Below, in pieces: positions 1 to 12,456 of a DNA stretch of 64,000 nt. The stretch covers positions 107,322,001 to 107,386,000 of the forward strand of contig OX597814.1 of NCBI GenBank assembly GCA_951406725.2. Reading direction: 5' to 3'. The notes below the pieces were generated by a model. The model was not told the origin of the DNA and made no database searches. It was given only the letters and a program-made list of their open reading frames with translations. Numbering within the stretch: the stretch's first letter is position 1; every line of letters begins with the position of its first letter. Source of the stretch: Octopus vulgaris. Its lineage: Eukaryota. The translations under genes and the position numbers were made by a program.

Positions 1-435
1 GATGATGATGTATATACACAGAGAGGTTTTGAAGTGATTTTTATTCTTTTAATTTTTTACTTGTTTCATTCATTTGACTGTGGCTATGCTGGAGCACCGC
101 CTTTAGTCGAGCAAATTGACAATAGGACTTATTCTTTGTAAGTCTAGTACTGATTCTATTGCTCTCTTTTGCCAAACCACTAATTTACAGGGACGTAAAC
201 ACACTAGTGTCGGTTGTCAAACGATAGTGGGGGGAAACACACACACATATATATACAACGGGCTTCTTTCAGTTTTCATCTACCAAATCCACTTTACAAG
301 GCTTTGGTCAGCCCAAGGCTAGAGTAGAAGACATTCGCCCAAGGTGCCACGCAGTAGGACTGAACCTGGAGCCATGTGGCTGGTTATCAAGCTACTTACT
401 ACACAGCCACTCCTGCGCCTATGATGTGCAGATAT

Positions 436-669
436 TGTATATTGAGAATAATAAGACTAGTCAGAATGTTGCATTGTTATATATATTTTTTATTTACATT
501 TTTAGCGTTTTCTTCCATTATCAGTTTTATCAAAACATTGGTTTATAGTAACTTACGATAAACCACTTTTTTTGATAAATCCAATAACAGAAGAAAGCAC
601 TAAAAATGTAAATAAATATATACATAAAATCATTCAACATTCTGACTACCTTGTTATTCTCAGTATACA
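436..669. repeat. Spacerless fold-back of about 234 bp
   Basis: Arms pair throughout (tagtcagaatgttg / caacattctgacta; tttatttacatttttag / ctaaaaatgtaaataaa); centre near 552. Confidence 0.85.
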
Positions 670-680
670 TACATACATAG

Positions 681-940
681 TTATATATATACATTTTCAT
701 TATTTTTTTGCAATTTACTTAATCATTGATTTTTTATTGTTATTTTAATTTTAATATTTCTATTATATGTAATTTTCTAGATGGTGTAATTTAATTGTTC
801 ATTTTGAATTGATAAAGGGTGTTTTTTTTTCTAATTTTTTATATATATATATATATATCATATTGTGTGAAATTTGATTTAGTATTTCTAAATTGAATTT
901 TTTTCCCTGTAAGTTTGGATTTATATTCCCTTAAATAATA
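681..940 (+). repeat. Dispersed AT-rich repeat, copy of 14792-15050
   Basis: Near-identical to 11022-11287 and similar to 14792-15050 (tttctagatggtgtaatttaattgttcattttgaattgataaa...ccctgtaagtttggatt). Confidence 0.9.
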
Positions 941-951
941 ATAGTAACTAT

Positions 952-996
<45 letters not shown>

Positions 997-1008
997 TATA
1001 AATATATA

Positions 1009-1403
1009 TATAATTATGAACAAATCACACTTAAAGCTAAGAGGGTTAAAAAACCTTCATATGCTAAAATTAGCAGCCAAAACCGCTATAAAGCCATTAT
1101 ATCACTTATATTATTTCTCATGATAAAAACCATCCTTGTTTTTATTTCTGTCTATAGGAATATTTCCCCTGACAAAGCGAATGGGTCTCTTAAGTGGTCC
1201 CTAATGCCGAAATTGCAATAGGGAATTAACCAATTATTTTCAAGTTGTGGATTCTATTTGCCATGTCGCCTGAAGACAGTTTTTATCGTTAGGAGAAATA
1301 ATATGAGTGATATTATGGCTTTATAGCGGTTTTGGCTGCTATTCTTAACATGTAAGGGATTTTTAACCTTCTTAGTTATAATTGTGACTTGTTCATAATT
1401 ATA
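1009..1403. repeat. Inverted repeat with arms of about 125 bp and a hammerhead motif in the spacer
   Basis: 1009-1133 pairs with about 1276-1403 (gcagccaaaaccgctataaagcca / tggctttatagcggttttggctgc). Confidence 0.85.
1164..1225 (+). ncRNA. Degenerate minimal hammerhead ribozyme
   Basis: ttccc-CTGACAA(G8>A)-agcg...tgcc-GAAA-ttgcaa-TA-gggaa. 5-bp stem I, palindromic stem III ATTGCAAT, eroded stem II. Confidence 0.65.
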
Positions 1404-1545
1404 AACGTTTTCTTCTTTATATTTTATGATAACGGGTTTGGAGATTGATATATTCATAAATAATCTTATTTATAATTTATCCTTCATAATGTTTTTACAT
1501 TACTCTCTACTTAATATATATATATATATACACACACACGTGCAC

Positions 1546-2841
1546 ACAAGATGTGGTGAATGAATTGTCGTCTACATTATGCAATAATGAAAATGACACT
1601 GACATCTCTTTTAACAGATATATTTACCAAAATTACATAAAAACATCTTGAAATACAAAAGAGTAAATTTATTCAATGAAATCGCCATTGGCTTCAACTA
1701 TGGCCTCCAGACGACTTTCGAATCTCCTGCAACTCTTCTGAACGGTCTCCTTGTTTAAGTTGGTGAAGGCTGCCATAATCCTTGCCTTCAGTTCATCTTT
1801 GGTGTTATAACATGTTTTGTTGGTTTCTCGTTCAACTGTGTCCCACATGTGGTAATCAAGGGGGGCTGCAGTCTGGCGAGTTAGGTGGCCAGATGTTAGG
1901 GGTGATGTGGTCGCAGAAATTGTCTGACAGCCATGACTGGGTTCTCCTGCTTGTGTAGCATGGTGCAGAGTCCTGTTGCCAGACATAGTCTTCAAGCAAC
2001 CTCGTGACCCAGAACAGCACTACCTCCTCCTTAATGTAGGCCTCCTTGTTGAGTCTGAGGCTGTGTGGGAAGATGAATGGAAGCATAACGTTGCCATCAC
2101 TAGTGATCACTCCAAACACCATGATGTTGACTGGATGTTTGATTTTAATCACTCTTGGAACATGCTTTGGGGACACAGCAAGCCAATGGGTATTCTGTGT
2201 GTTCACCATCTGATCCTGGAGGAAATTTTTTTCTTCTGAGAAAAACCAAAGCATGTTCGGCTAGTGGGGATGCTTGAGTTTGTTCAAAAGCTTCGTAGCA
2301 CAGTCTTTCCTCTTGTCTTTTGATGGCTTGGGACAAAAATTGGCCCTTTTTCATCTTGTATGAGGAATACCGAATGTCTTCATGCACTACCTGTCTGTTA
2401 AGAAACACAGACACTCTCATGTCCCTGGTGATGGACCTGATTGACTTGGAGGGATCGGTGTCAATCATGGCCTGGATCTCACCAACAAATTCAGGACTTC
2501 TTTTATTATCAGAATGATCAGAATGAGTTTTCTGAGCTGCTGTACCTTCGTAATCACCATTAGACACATCCAACTCTTTCCAAATTTTCAGCACTGTCCT
2601 CAGATTGACACCCAAAATACTATGAAATGTTCATATTGGAGCTTCCAGTGTAAATGCCACACAGTACAGCATATTGTTTCCAAATTTCTGGCTGGGTGAA
2701 TTGCGTCATGAAGCTGTTTTTCTCACAAATGGTGACCAACTGACCCTACTATACTGTGTAGTTGACAAAATCAAAAACAAACAATGCACATGTGTGAAAT
2801 TAAAAATATAAAATGGTGACAATTTACCCATCACACCCTGT
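1546..2841 (-). mobile_element. Decayed DD37D (maT-type) Tc1/mariner transposon
   Basis: Frameshifted transposase ORFs (2145-2615, 1856-2254, 1669-1995); QQDSAP...WPPNSPDCSP(L)DY gives 37 residues between the last two Asp; degenerate TIRs cagggtgtgatgggtaaattgtc. Confidence 0.85.
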
Positions 2842-3090
2842 ATGTATATATATCATCATCGTTTAATGTATGTACATATGTGCAGCGTTAAGCATGTGGC
2901 AGGTTTTCTACAGCCGGATGCCCTTCCTGAAGCCAACCCCCACCTGTTACCAAGCGAGGTAATTTTTTTCCCCTCGCCTACCAAATTCAATCACAAAGCT
3001 TCAGTTGGCCCGGAGCTATAGCAGAAGACACTTACCCAAAGTGCCATGCGGTGGGACTGAACCCAAAACCATGTACACATTTTATATATA

Positions 3091-3122
<32 letters not shown>

Positions 3123-3670
3123 ACATGGACATATATGTATGTATGTATATATTTATTTATATATATATTTATATATGTGTGTGTGTGTTATTTATAGGAA
3201 CATATCTGTTGTTACCAACGATGAACTTAATATTTAAAAAATTCAACAAAAAACAAATAAATTTAATTACAAATGTTTATGAGATGTCCAATTAAATAAT
3301 TGGTCCAGCAGAAAATTAACAAACTGATAATGAAATTAACATAAACTTGCATAAATTACATACAAATTAATGTTCTTTGATATATTGTAATCTTGTGACA
3401 AATGACAAACTACATAATTTCATAATACATAAATACATATATAGAATGAATTGATGTATAAATATCATAAAATATACCCCTGGTATTTCAGAACTCAATA
3501 ATACATTTTTAAACTCCAATACTTCATAATGTAACTCATTATTAAATGCATGTGGAATAAACAGACATGTATATACATAACTGGCTAAAATGATAGTCAA
3601 ATTTAATGTATTTAGAATAAAATTCAAATAAAATAAACTTTATAGACACGTATAATTCATAATTTTAATA

Positions 3671-3780
3671 TTTTCTACAGCTGTTTCAATAGAGTCAAAC
3701 ATTATCATTTATATATATATGTTGATTAACATAAAATGATTAAGTTAAAAGTTATGGGTTACCCATTTCTTCAGGAGAAA
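3671..3780 (-). ncRNA. Type I hammerhead ribozyme with long stem II insertion, intact core
   Basis: Minus strand: tttctc-CTGAAGA-aatggg...(about 70 nt)...tctatt-GAAA-cagctg-TA-gaaaa. Palindromic stem III ACAGCTGT; stem I has one mismatch. Confidence 0.7.
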
Positions 3781-3826
3781 AATGAAAAATCTTTTAAAAT
3801 ATCTTTTAAACTAATTATGTATGTCA

Positions 3827-4372
3827 TTAGGATGTCCAGAAAGTTCTGTGCATTTTTAAGCTAAATATTTTAACTCTTCATTGAACATACATGAAATGTG
3901 ATACAGTCAAAACTTTGGTGTTGCTTGAAGTGGTAGTGCATCTCTTCTTTGTTTCCTACTAAAAACAGATTTATCTTTCTTTCTGGTTGCCCTTTATTGA
4001 CACATTTGAAATAGATAACCAACAATTTCATATTCCCGTTGTAATACTTTGCTTTCTTAAAAAAAGGAGAAAATGCTGCAAAGACTTGTAAAAACATTTA
4101 CGAAGTTTATGGTGATGATGATGCTGTAGGTGAAGCAACTGTTCGAAGGTGGTTTGCAAAATTTAAAGCTGGAGAACTTAGCTTGGAAATGACAGTCGCA
4201 GTAGAAGACCTTCAAAATGGGGTGAAGATACTTTGAAGGCAAAAATCGAAGAACATTCAAATATCATGACTAGAGAACTTGCAAAGGAGTTGGAAGTTTC
4301 TAAAAGTACAGTTTATGAAGTATATCCATTTTTGCGTATTAAAAAGTGCTCAAAACTTTCCGGACAACCTAA
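3827..4372 (+). mobile_element. Internally deleted mariner element
   Basis: TIRs ttaggatgtccagaaagtt / aactttccggacaacctaa; N-terminal HTH remnant KGENAAKTCKNIYEVYGDDDAVGEATVRRWFAKFKAG. Confidence 0.85.
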
Positions 4373-5198
4373 TAATTATGTAATTATACATATGATTATG
4401 TCTTTACTTTGTTGAAACAGCTGTAGAGTAAATTATGAAATATATATGAAATTTGTACTTTTTTGATTTACATTCCCAATATGCTGCTGCTAGCACATAT
4501 ATATAACATTTCTTTTATAAATGAACATTTTAAGATCTTTAATAAATGCAGATTTGAGTCTTCTTGCTCAAATTTGGCAGAGACATTGTAATGAACCTTC
4601 TATTTATAGTTAATCAGTTGGAGGAGTATATGGTACAGGTGGGATCAAGAAATGCAGTGAAAGGATTATCTGAGTGAAATAGCATCTCTGATGAGCAAAA
4701 ATTTCACTTTGAAAGATTATGGTCCAGGTTCTATAGGACTAAATGAAGACCAATTTGATCTGGTATAATTGCTTCCACAACTTTTGTAGGTAATATTTTG
4801 TCAGTATAACATGATAAACTGGTAAATAGAAAAAATATATTTTATATTCAAAATATTAAATTTTCATTAAAAATTTTAAAAAAAACTTGTATCATAATTC
4901 ATAAAAAAATTATTAGCCAAATGGGAAAAATCTAGATATGTCCATAAAATTAATTTAAACTAATTTTCATTTTAACACATATTCACTATTCATAAACAAA
5001 AAAATTTATAGCAAAAATAATGATAAAAGTTAATGAAAATTTCAAAATTAAAAGCATTTTTGCAAATAGAAACCTCTTTTTGTTTTTATATGTATGTATT
5101 AATTTTTTTTTTTTATATTCATTTGAATATATTTTACAAAATTTTATTTTAAATAAATCTAATTTTCGAACTCAAAAAAGATAAACGTGAGTGAGTAG

Positions 5199-5431
5199 TC
5201 AGTCAGTTATTCCTTCCTTGCTGACATCAAATGGAGAACTCATCGGCACACTGCCACATGCAGCAATAACAACATCTTGCAGAGGTCGGTCCTTATCGTC
5301 TGTGTCTGTGGACTCAATTTTGCGAACAACATCCATGCCTTTGATCACCTTGCCAAAGACAGTGTGGTGTCCATCCAACCACTTGGTGATTATTGTTGTA
5401 ATAAAGAACTGGGATCCATTTGTATCGGTGC
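5199..5431 (-). CDS. PPIB: Cyclophilin B-like PPIase, coding exon 4 with stop codon
   Basis: ctccctaatgcag acceptor; [40 protein letters not shown]...[14 protein letters not shown] (5201-5199). Total CDS 609 nt. Confidence 0.95.
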
Positions 5432-5522
5432 CTGCATTAGGGAGAAACAGAAGTTACATCAGACTTTTCATTTTTTATACTTTTGGTTGTAAAGGGGGTG
5501 AAAAAAAAACAATATTTACAAG

Positions 5523-6013
5523 TGGCACCTTGGGCAAGTGTCTCACTGCATGGCACCATGGGCAAGTGTCTCACTGCATGGCACCTTGGGCATGTGTCTC
5601 ATTGCGTGGAACCTTGGGCAAGTGTCTCACTGTGTGGACCTTGGGCAAGTGTCCCACTGTGTGATACCTTGGGCAAGTGTCTCACTACGTGGCACCTTGG
5701 GCAAGTATCCCACTGTGTAACACCTTGGGCAAGTGTCTCACTGTGTGACACCTTGGGCAAGTGTCTCACTGCGTGGCACCTTGGGCAAGTATCCCACTGT
5801 GTAACACCTTGGGCAAGTATCCCACTGCATGGCACCTTGGGCAAGTGTCTCACTGCATGGCACCTTGGGCATGTGTCCCACTGTGTGAAACCTTAGGCAA
5901 GTGTCTCACTGCGTGACACTTTGGGCAAGTGTCCCACTGTGTGACACCTTAGGCAAGTGTCTCACTGCGTGGCACCTTAGGCAAGTGTCTCACTGCGTGG
6001 CACCTTGGGCAAG
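5523..6013 (+). repeat. 28-bp minisatellite, about 17 copies, derived from SINE family A
   Basis: Unit tggcaccttgggcaagtgtctcactgca; the last unit continues directly into the SINE body. Confidence 0.95.
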
Positions 6014-8024
6014 TCTCTTCTACTATAGTCTTGGGCCAACCAAAGCCTTGAGAGTGAATTTGGTAGACAGAAACTGAAAGTAGCCCATTGTATATATATA
6101 TATGTGTGTGTGTATATGTATATATTTGTATGTTTGTGTGTCTGTGTTTGTACCCCACCATTGCTTAACAACTGATGTTGGTGTGTTAACATACCGATAA
6201 CTTAGCGGTTCAGCAAAAAGAGACCGATAGAATAAGTGCTAGGCTTATAAAGAATAAGTCCTGGGGTCGATTTGTACAACTAAAGCCAGTGCTCCAGCAT
6301 GACCACAGTCAAACGACTGAAACAAGTAAAAGAATAAATACAAATAACATTTGAAGGCGCATGGCCTAGTGGTTCGGTTGTTGTGTTCACAACTGCTAGA
6401 TCACGGGTTCAATTCCCTAACTGGGTGACACATTGAGTTCTTGAGCAAAACAATTCATTTCATATCACTACAGTCTCCCTTTGATCGCTGGGGGAAGGGA
6501 ATGTTGGCCTGCTCACCTAGCCAGTAGGATGGCATCATTTGAGGGCTAAAACAACGCAAAAAAGCACATTGTGATCAGTGATGTGTAACAACATCTGACA
6601 TCTTTGTCAGTCACATGATCACGTGACAACAAACATTGACAAAGTCAAAAACAAGACATTTTTACACCAGAACTATCAATGAGCCATTTCAGTAATTAAC
6701 TCATTTGGTAGCATATTTCTGTTGAATTACTTTCATCATCATCATCATCATCATTGTTTAACGTCTGCTTTCCATGCTGGTATGGGTTGGACAGTTTGAC
6801 TGAGGACTGACAAGCCAGAAGGCTGTACCAGGCTCCAATCTGATCTGGCAAGGTTTCTACAGCTGGATGCCCTTCCTAATGCCAACCACTCCGAGGGTGT
6901 AGTGGGTGCTTTTTACGTGCCACCGGCATGTGGGCCAGTCAGGGAGCACTGGCAATGATCACGCTTGAATGGTGTTTTTTTACATGCCACTGACACAGGA
7001 GCCAGTCAGGCAGTACTAGCATCAACCATGTTTGTATGGTGCTTTTTATATGCCACTGGAACAAGACCAGTCAGATGGCACTGGCATCGGCCACATTCGT
7101 ATGTTACTTTTTACGTGCCACCAACACGGGTGCCAGTCAGGCGGTGCTGGTGACATGTAAAAAGCACTATTCGAATGTGGTCATTGCCAGTTCTACTTGA
7201 CTGGCCCCCATGCTGGTGGCACATAAAAAGCACCATTCGAGTGTGGTCATTGCCAGTGCCACCTGACTGATCCCCAAGCTGGTGACATGTAAAAAAAAAC
7301 CATTGGAGTGTGGTCGTTAACAGTGCTATCTGACTGCCCCCCCCCCCAGCTGGTGGCACGTAAAATGCACTATTCCAGTGTGGTCATTGCCAGTGCCGCC
7401 TGACTGGCCCACATGTTGGTGGCATGTAAAGCACCCACCACACTCTCAAAGTGGTTGGCATTAGGAAAGGCATCCAGCTGTAGAAACCTTGCAAAATCAG
7501 ATCCGAATATGGTACAACCCCATCAGCCTGCCAGTCCTCAGTCAAACTGTCCAACCCATGCCAGCATGGAAAGTGGACATTAAATGATGATGACAACGAT
7601 GATGAAGATGATGATATGTATGAATTGAAAATTTCTTCCCCAGAAGATAAAGATCTGTCATAAGGACTAGCAAGTCACCAAAAAATTGAAGTTCTCATAA
7701 AAAGGTGTTTGTTTAATGTTGGTGAGAGATGGAGATTTTTTCACTTATTCAAAATATTGAGAAAAACTAGAATTTTCTATGGTCTGAATTTAGTTCACAG
7801 CTCCTAGACTTTCATTTGTTATGCAGATTATTTCACTTGCAGCAAATCAGTAAGAGAACGAGAGATTGCTGTAAAGTCATCTGTGTCATCTATAAATTTC
7901 AAATTTTAACAATAACAGCAACATACCACTCAGATTAGCATGGGTATCATGTTTCTACAACCATACCCCTCATTTCAACATGAGGGGAATGTTTTTAATA
8001 ACCATACCACTCATTTCCTTACAA

Positions 8025-8225
8025 GGGGTATGTTTAAACAGCCTTACCACATGTTAACACGAAGGTGTGTTTAAACAGCCTTACCACATGTTAACATGAA
8101 GGGTGTGTTTAAACAGCCTTACCACATGTTAACACGAAGGGTGTGTTTAAAAAGCCTTACCACATGTTAACACGAAGGGTGTGTTTAAACAGCCTCACCA
8201 CATGTTAACATGAAGGGTATGTTTT
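8025..8225. repeat. 38-bp minisatellite, about 5 clean copies plus degenerate flanking copies
   Basis: Unit gggtgtgtttaaacagccttaccacatgttaacacgaa. Confidence 0.9.
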
Positions 8226-8320
8226 AACAACCATACTATCCTTATTGACATATGTGGTACCATACCATCCAGGTTAGGATAGGAGGTATGGTTTTAGACA
8301 CATTCAATTTTGATTCTTAC

Positions 8321-8440
8321 CTGCATTTGCCATACTGAGCCATCCAGGTCCTGTGTGGTTAAGTGTAAAGTTTTCATCGTCGAACTGGTAACCATAAATA
8401 CTCTTGCCACCACGACCATCAAAATCAGTGAAATCACCAC
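8321..8440 (-). CDS. PPIB: Cyclophilin B-like PPIase, coding exon 3
   Basis: ttctttatcctcag acceptor; [39 protein letters not shown]; G|gtaag donor; 120 nt, phase 1-1. Confidence 0.95.
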
Positions 8441-9905
8441 CTGAGGATAAAGAAGAAACAATCATACTTACATTGAGAGATGAGCAGTAAGACGTGTTAT
8501 TTACAGACCTAGCTAACCCACACCAACAAGGAAACAAAACAGGATAAAGTGATGATGACGATGATGATGATGGTTGTAATGGTAATGATGAAAATGAAAA
8601 CTAGGGAATCTTGGAAATAAATGAGGTGTTAGAGTCTGTATGTTTCCAAGGGTTGTATATGTGTAGGGTGAAGCAGGGGGGGTCTTGTGGCTGTCAACAT
8701 GTTTCAGAATTAGTAACTTCTATCTAGTTCCCATAATCTCCCTCGGTTTGTTTTTTCATCTGTCAACCAGTTTGTTACACTCCTCCTCCTCCTACTCCCC
8801 CCCCCCCCCAAACCACTTCTAGTGCGTAACTAGTACTTATTTAATCAACACCCGAAAGGATGAAAGGCAAAGTCGACCTCGGCAGGATGTGAACTCAGAA
8901 TGTAGCGGCAGATGAAATACCTATTTCTTTACTACCCACAAGGGGCTAAACACAGAAGGGACAAACAAGGACAGACAAACGGATTAAGTCGATTATATCG
9001 ACCCCAGTGCGTAACTGGTACTTAATTTATCGACCCCCGAAAGAATGAAAGACAAAGTCTACCTCGGCGGAATTTGAACTCAGAACGTAACGGCAGATGA
9101 AATACCACTAAGCATTTCGCCCAGCGTGCTAACGATTCTGCCAGCTCACCACCTTACTGATATTTTCCATTGATCCCTCCGCCACCCTTGTTCATCAGTC
9201 ACTACATTCACTCCTACCCCCATCTCTAACCATCTGTCACTCTCCTCTCATTCTCTTATGAACTTATTCCCCCACCCTTCCCAATTCTTTATCCATCCTC
9301 TCCCTTCTACTCACCTTCTAATAGGCTCTGACACCTTACACCATCATCCTTATCTTCCTGTCAATTACTCCCACCTACCCTTTATATAACGCAGGGCAAC
9401 CCATGTATCTCCTCCATAACAAGGCAACTTTGCTTGTCTCCCAATCGTAATTCAGCCTCTCAGCATCTGCCAGGAACCCACCACGCCCTCACCACCACCT
9501 CAATGGCTTTTATTTTCTTTGTCTGGCAAGTTACACAGTAACCTCACGAGTGCCAGTGTCACGAAAAATGTACCAAGAGCAGTCTGTGAAGTGATTGGCC
9601 TTACTAAGGGAGTCCAGCTGTGGAAACCGTGCCGACAGAAGTCACTGGGGCTCAATGCGGGTTCCTTTGTTTGTTGGAGCCCATCAAACCATCCAACCCA
9701 TGCCAGCGTGGAAGACAGACATTAAGTCATGATAACAATGATGGCAACAGCAGTGATGATGAGGATGATGATGGTGATGGTGATGATGATGATGGTGGTG
9801 GTGGTGGTGATGATGAGTGTGATGATGATGATGATAACTGGCCTTGGATCATAAAAAAAAACGAATATGAATAATCATTAAAAAACCCCAAATTTGTAGA
9901 CCAAC

Positions 9906-10107
9906 CTTGGATCATAAAATCTTTAATAACTCGATGGAATTTGGAGCCTTTGTAACCATAACCATTTTCTCCAGTTGCCAATTGATAGAAGTTTTCTGCA
10001 GTTTTTGGAGTTGTTTCCATAAAAAGACCAAACTCAATTCGGCCAGCTTCTTTGCCGCCAATTTCAATGTCAAAAAAGACCATCTTGGAGACGGTGGTTT
10101 CGCCAGC
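9906..10107 (-). CDS. PPIB: Cyclophilin B-like PPIase, coding exon 2
   Basis: ttttgttttag acceptor; [29 protein letters not shown]...[17 protein letters not shown]; G|gttggt donor in phase 1; 202 nt. Confidence 0.95.
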
Positions 10108-11021
10108 CTAAAACAAAAATCAAACAGCGGAAAAATGTCAACAATTTTTGAACAAATCATTCTTTATTGCTTTTTCAATAAAAACCAAAGAAAAACATCA
10201 AAAATCTATAAATCTATGAAGCGAGAAGCATTATACTTCCTCGTTTGAGTTTCAGCCAGATGGCAGCTGTTACGCTTTGGCCTCACAAGCCATTGTTTGA
10301 TTGCTTCTGATAATTTTTGTGTTTCTCTTTGCTGTTCTACAATTCTAAAGTGACATAAAAAAACATTCATTCTGAATTCTTTTGTTTGTTTCAGCCATTT
10401 GATTGCGGCCATGCTGGAGCACGGCCTTTTAATAAAAAAAAAAATCAACCCCAGGACTTATTCTTTGTAAGCCTGGTATTTATTTTATTGGTCTCTTTTT
10501 TGCTGAACTGCTAGGTTACGGGGATGTAAACATACCAACATCGGTTGTCAAGCGATGGTGGAGGGGCATTGCCAGGGCCGCTGATTGGCTCCCGTGCCAG
10601 TGGCACATAAATAGCACCATTTGAGCATGACTGTTGCCAGCGTCACCTTACCAGATTTCTGTGACTGTTTTGGCAGAATTTTTACAGCTGGATGCCCTTC
10701 CTAACACCAACAACTCAGCAGAGTGGACTCTCAGTAATATATATATATATAAAAATATATAAAACTGAGAATGTGTCTGTCTTGGCAACCAATGTTACTG
10801 TGTTTATATCCCTGTAACTTAGCTATTTGGCAAAACACACTGATAGAATAACTACTAGGCTTACAAAGAATAAATCCTGGAGTCAATTTCTTTGACTAAA
10901 GGTGGTGTTCAAGCATGGCCACAGTCACATGTCCGAAGCAAATAAAACAATAAAAAACTATGCCACTTTTAATCCCGACCAATGCTGGGTATCTCTGCTA
11001 ATGTATATATATATATATATA

Positions 11022-11287
11022 TACCAATTATATACGTTTTTTTTTTTTTTTGCTATTTACTTAATCATTGGTATTTTATTGTTATTTTAATTTTAATATT
11101 TCTATTATATGTAATTTTCTAGATGGTGTAATTTAATTGTTCATTTTGAATTGATAAAGGGTGTTTTTTTTTCTAATTTTTTATATATATATATATATAT
11201 ATCATATTGTGTGAAATTTGATTTAGTATTTCTAAATTGAATTTTTTTCCCTGTAAGTTTGGATTCATATTCCCTCAAATAATTATT
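11022..11287 (+). repeat. Dispersed AT-rich repeat, copy of 14792-15050
   Basis: Same sequence as 681-940; embedded in (TA)n. Confidence 0.9.
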
Positions 11288-12456
11288 ATATATATATATA
11301 TATAAACTGAAACTCTGTTGGTTTCAATGAAGAGTGTTCCAGTTGGTCTGCTTAATGGAACAGCTTGCACGTGAAATTACAATGTAAGTGGCTGAGTATT
11401 CCACAAACATGCATATCCTTAATGTAGTTTCCCAAGAAGATTCAGTGTGAGATAAAGTGTGACAAGGCTGGCCCCTTTGAAAAACAGATACTATTAATTT
11501 TCACCAGCTGAGTGGACTGGTGCAACGTGAAATAAAGTGTCTTGCTGAAGGACACAGTGACCCAGCAAGAATTGGAACTCATAACCTCACGATCAGGAGT
11601 TGAGTACCCTAACCACCATGCTGCACTCCTTCACATATATATTCTTCTTTTATTCTTTTACTTGTTTCAGTCATTTGACTGTGGCCATGCTGGAGCACCA
11701 CCTTTAGTCAAGTAAATCGACCCCAGGACTTATTCTTTGTAAGCCTAGTACTTATTCTATTGGTTTCTTTTGCCGAACCGCTAGGTTACGGGGGACATTT
11801 ACACACCAGCATCGGTTATCAAGCGATGTTGGTGGGGGACAAACATGGACACACAAACACATACACAACCACACACACATATACAATGGGCTTCTTTCAG
11901 TTTCCATCTACCAAATTCACTCACAAGGCTGTAGTTGGCCCAAGGCTATAGTAGAAGACTTTTGCCCAAAGTGCCATGCAGTAGGACTGAACCCAGAACC
12001 ATGTGGTTGGTTAGCAAGCTACTTACCACACAGCCACTCCTGTACCTATATATATAAGTATACACACAAACGCACACAAACACACACATACACACACACA
12101 AACACAGTAAGTAAAATATTGTACCAAAAAAAGCATAAAAGTAATAAACAGAATATAAATGTTGAGAAAAAGACAAAAACTCATTAAAAATATATTTTTG
12201 GAAAAGAGAAATTAAGTGATTAGAAAGAAATAGAGAAGAACTGGTGTACGAAGACTTTACATTTATAGCACCAGTGATATTGTGGAGGTGGTGGGGATGG
12301 TGGTAGTGATGGGGGGCGGCGGTGGTGGTGGAGATGGTGGTGTCGGTGGTGGTGGTAATCGTTGTGATAGTGTTGATGGTGGTGGTATTTATATCTGGGT
12401 TGTAAACTGAACAAACACAAACTGGAACAAACGAGAGATGTTATAGTAAGTATTAA

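Noticed and set aside
5191-5664. 157-aa plus-strand ORF
   Set aside because: Antisense shadow of cyclophilin exon 4 running into the minisatellite.
5523-6013. CRISPR-like periodicity (also 8025-8225 and 30858-31480)
   Set aside because: Contiguous tandem units with no unique spacers, no cas genes, and a spliced eukaryotic context.
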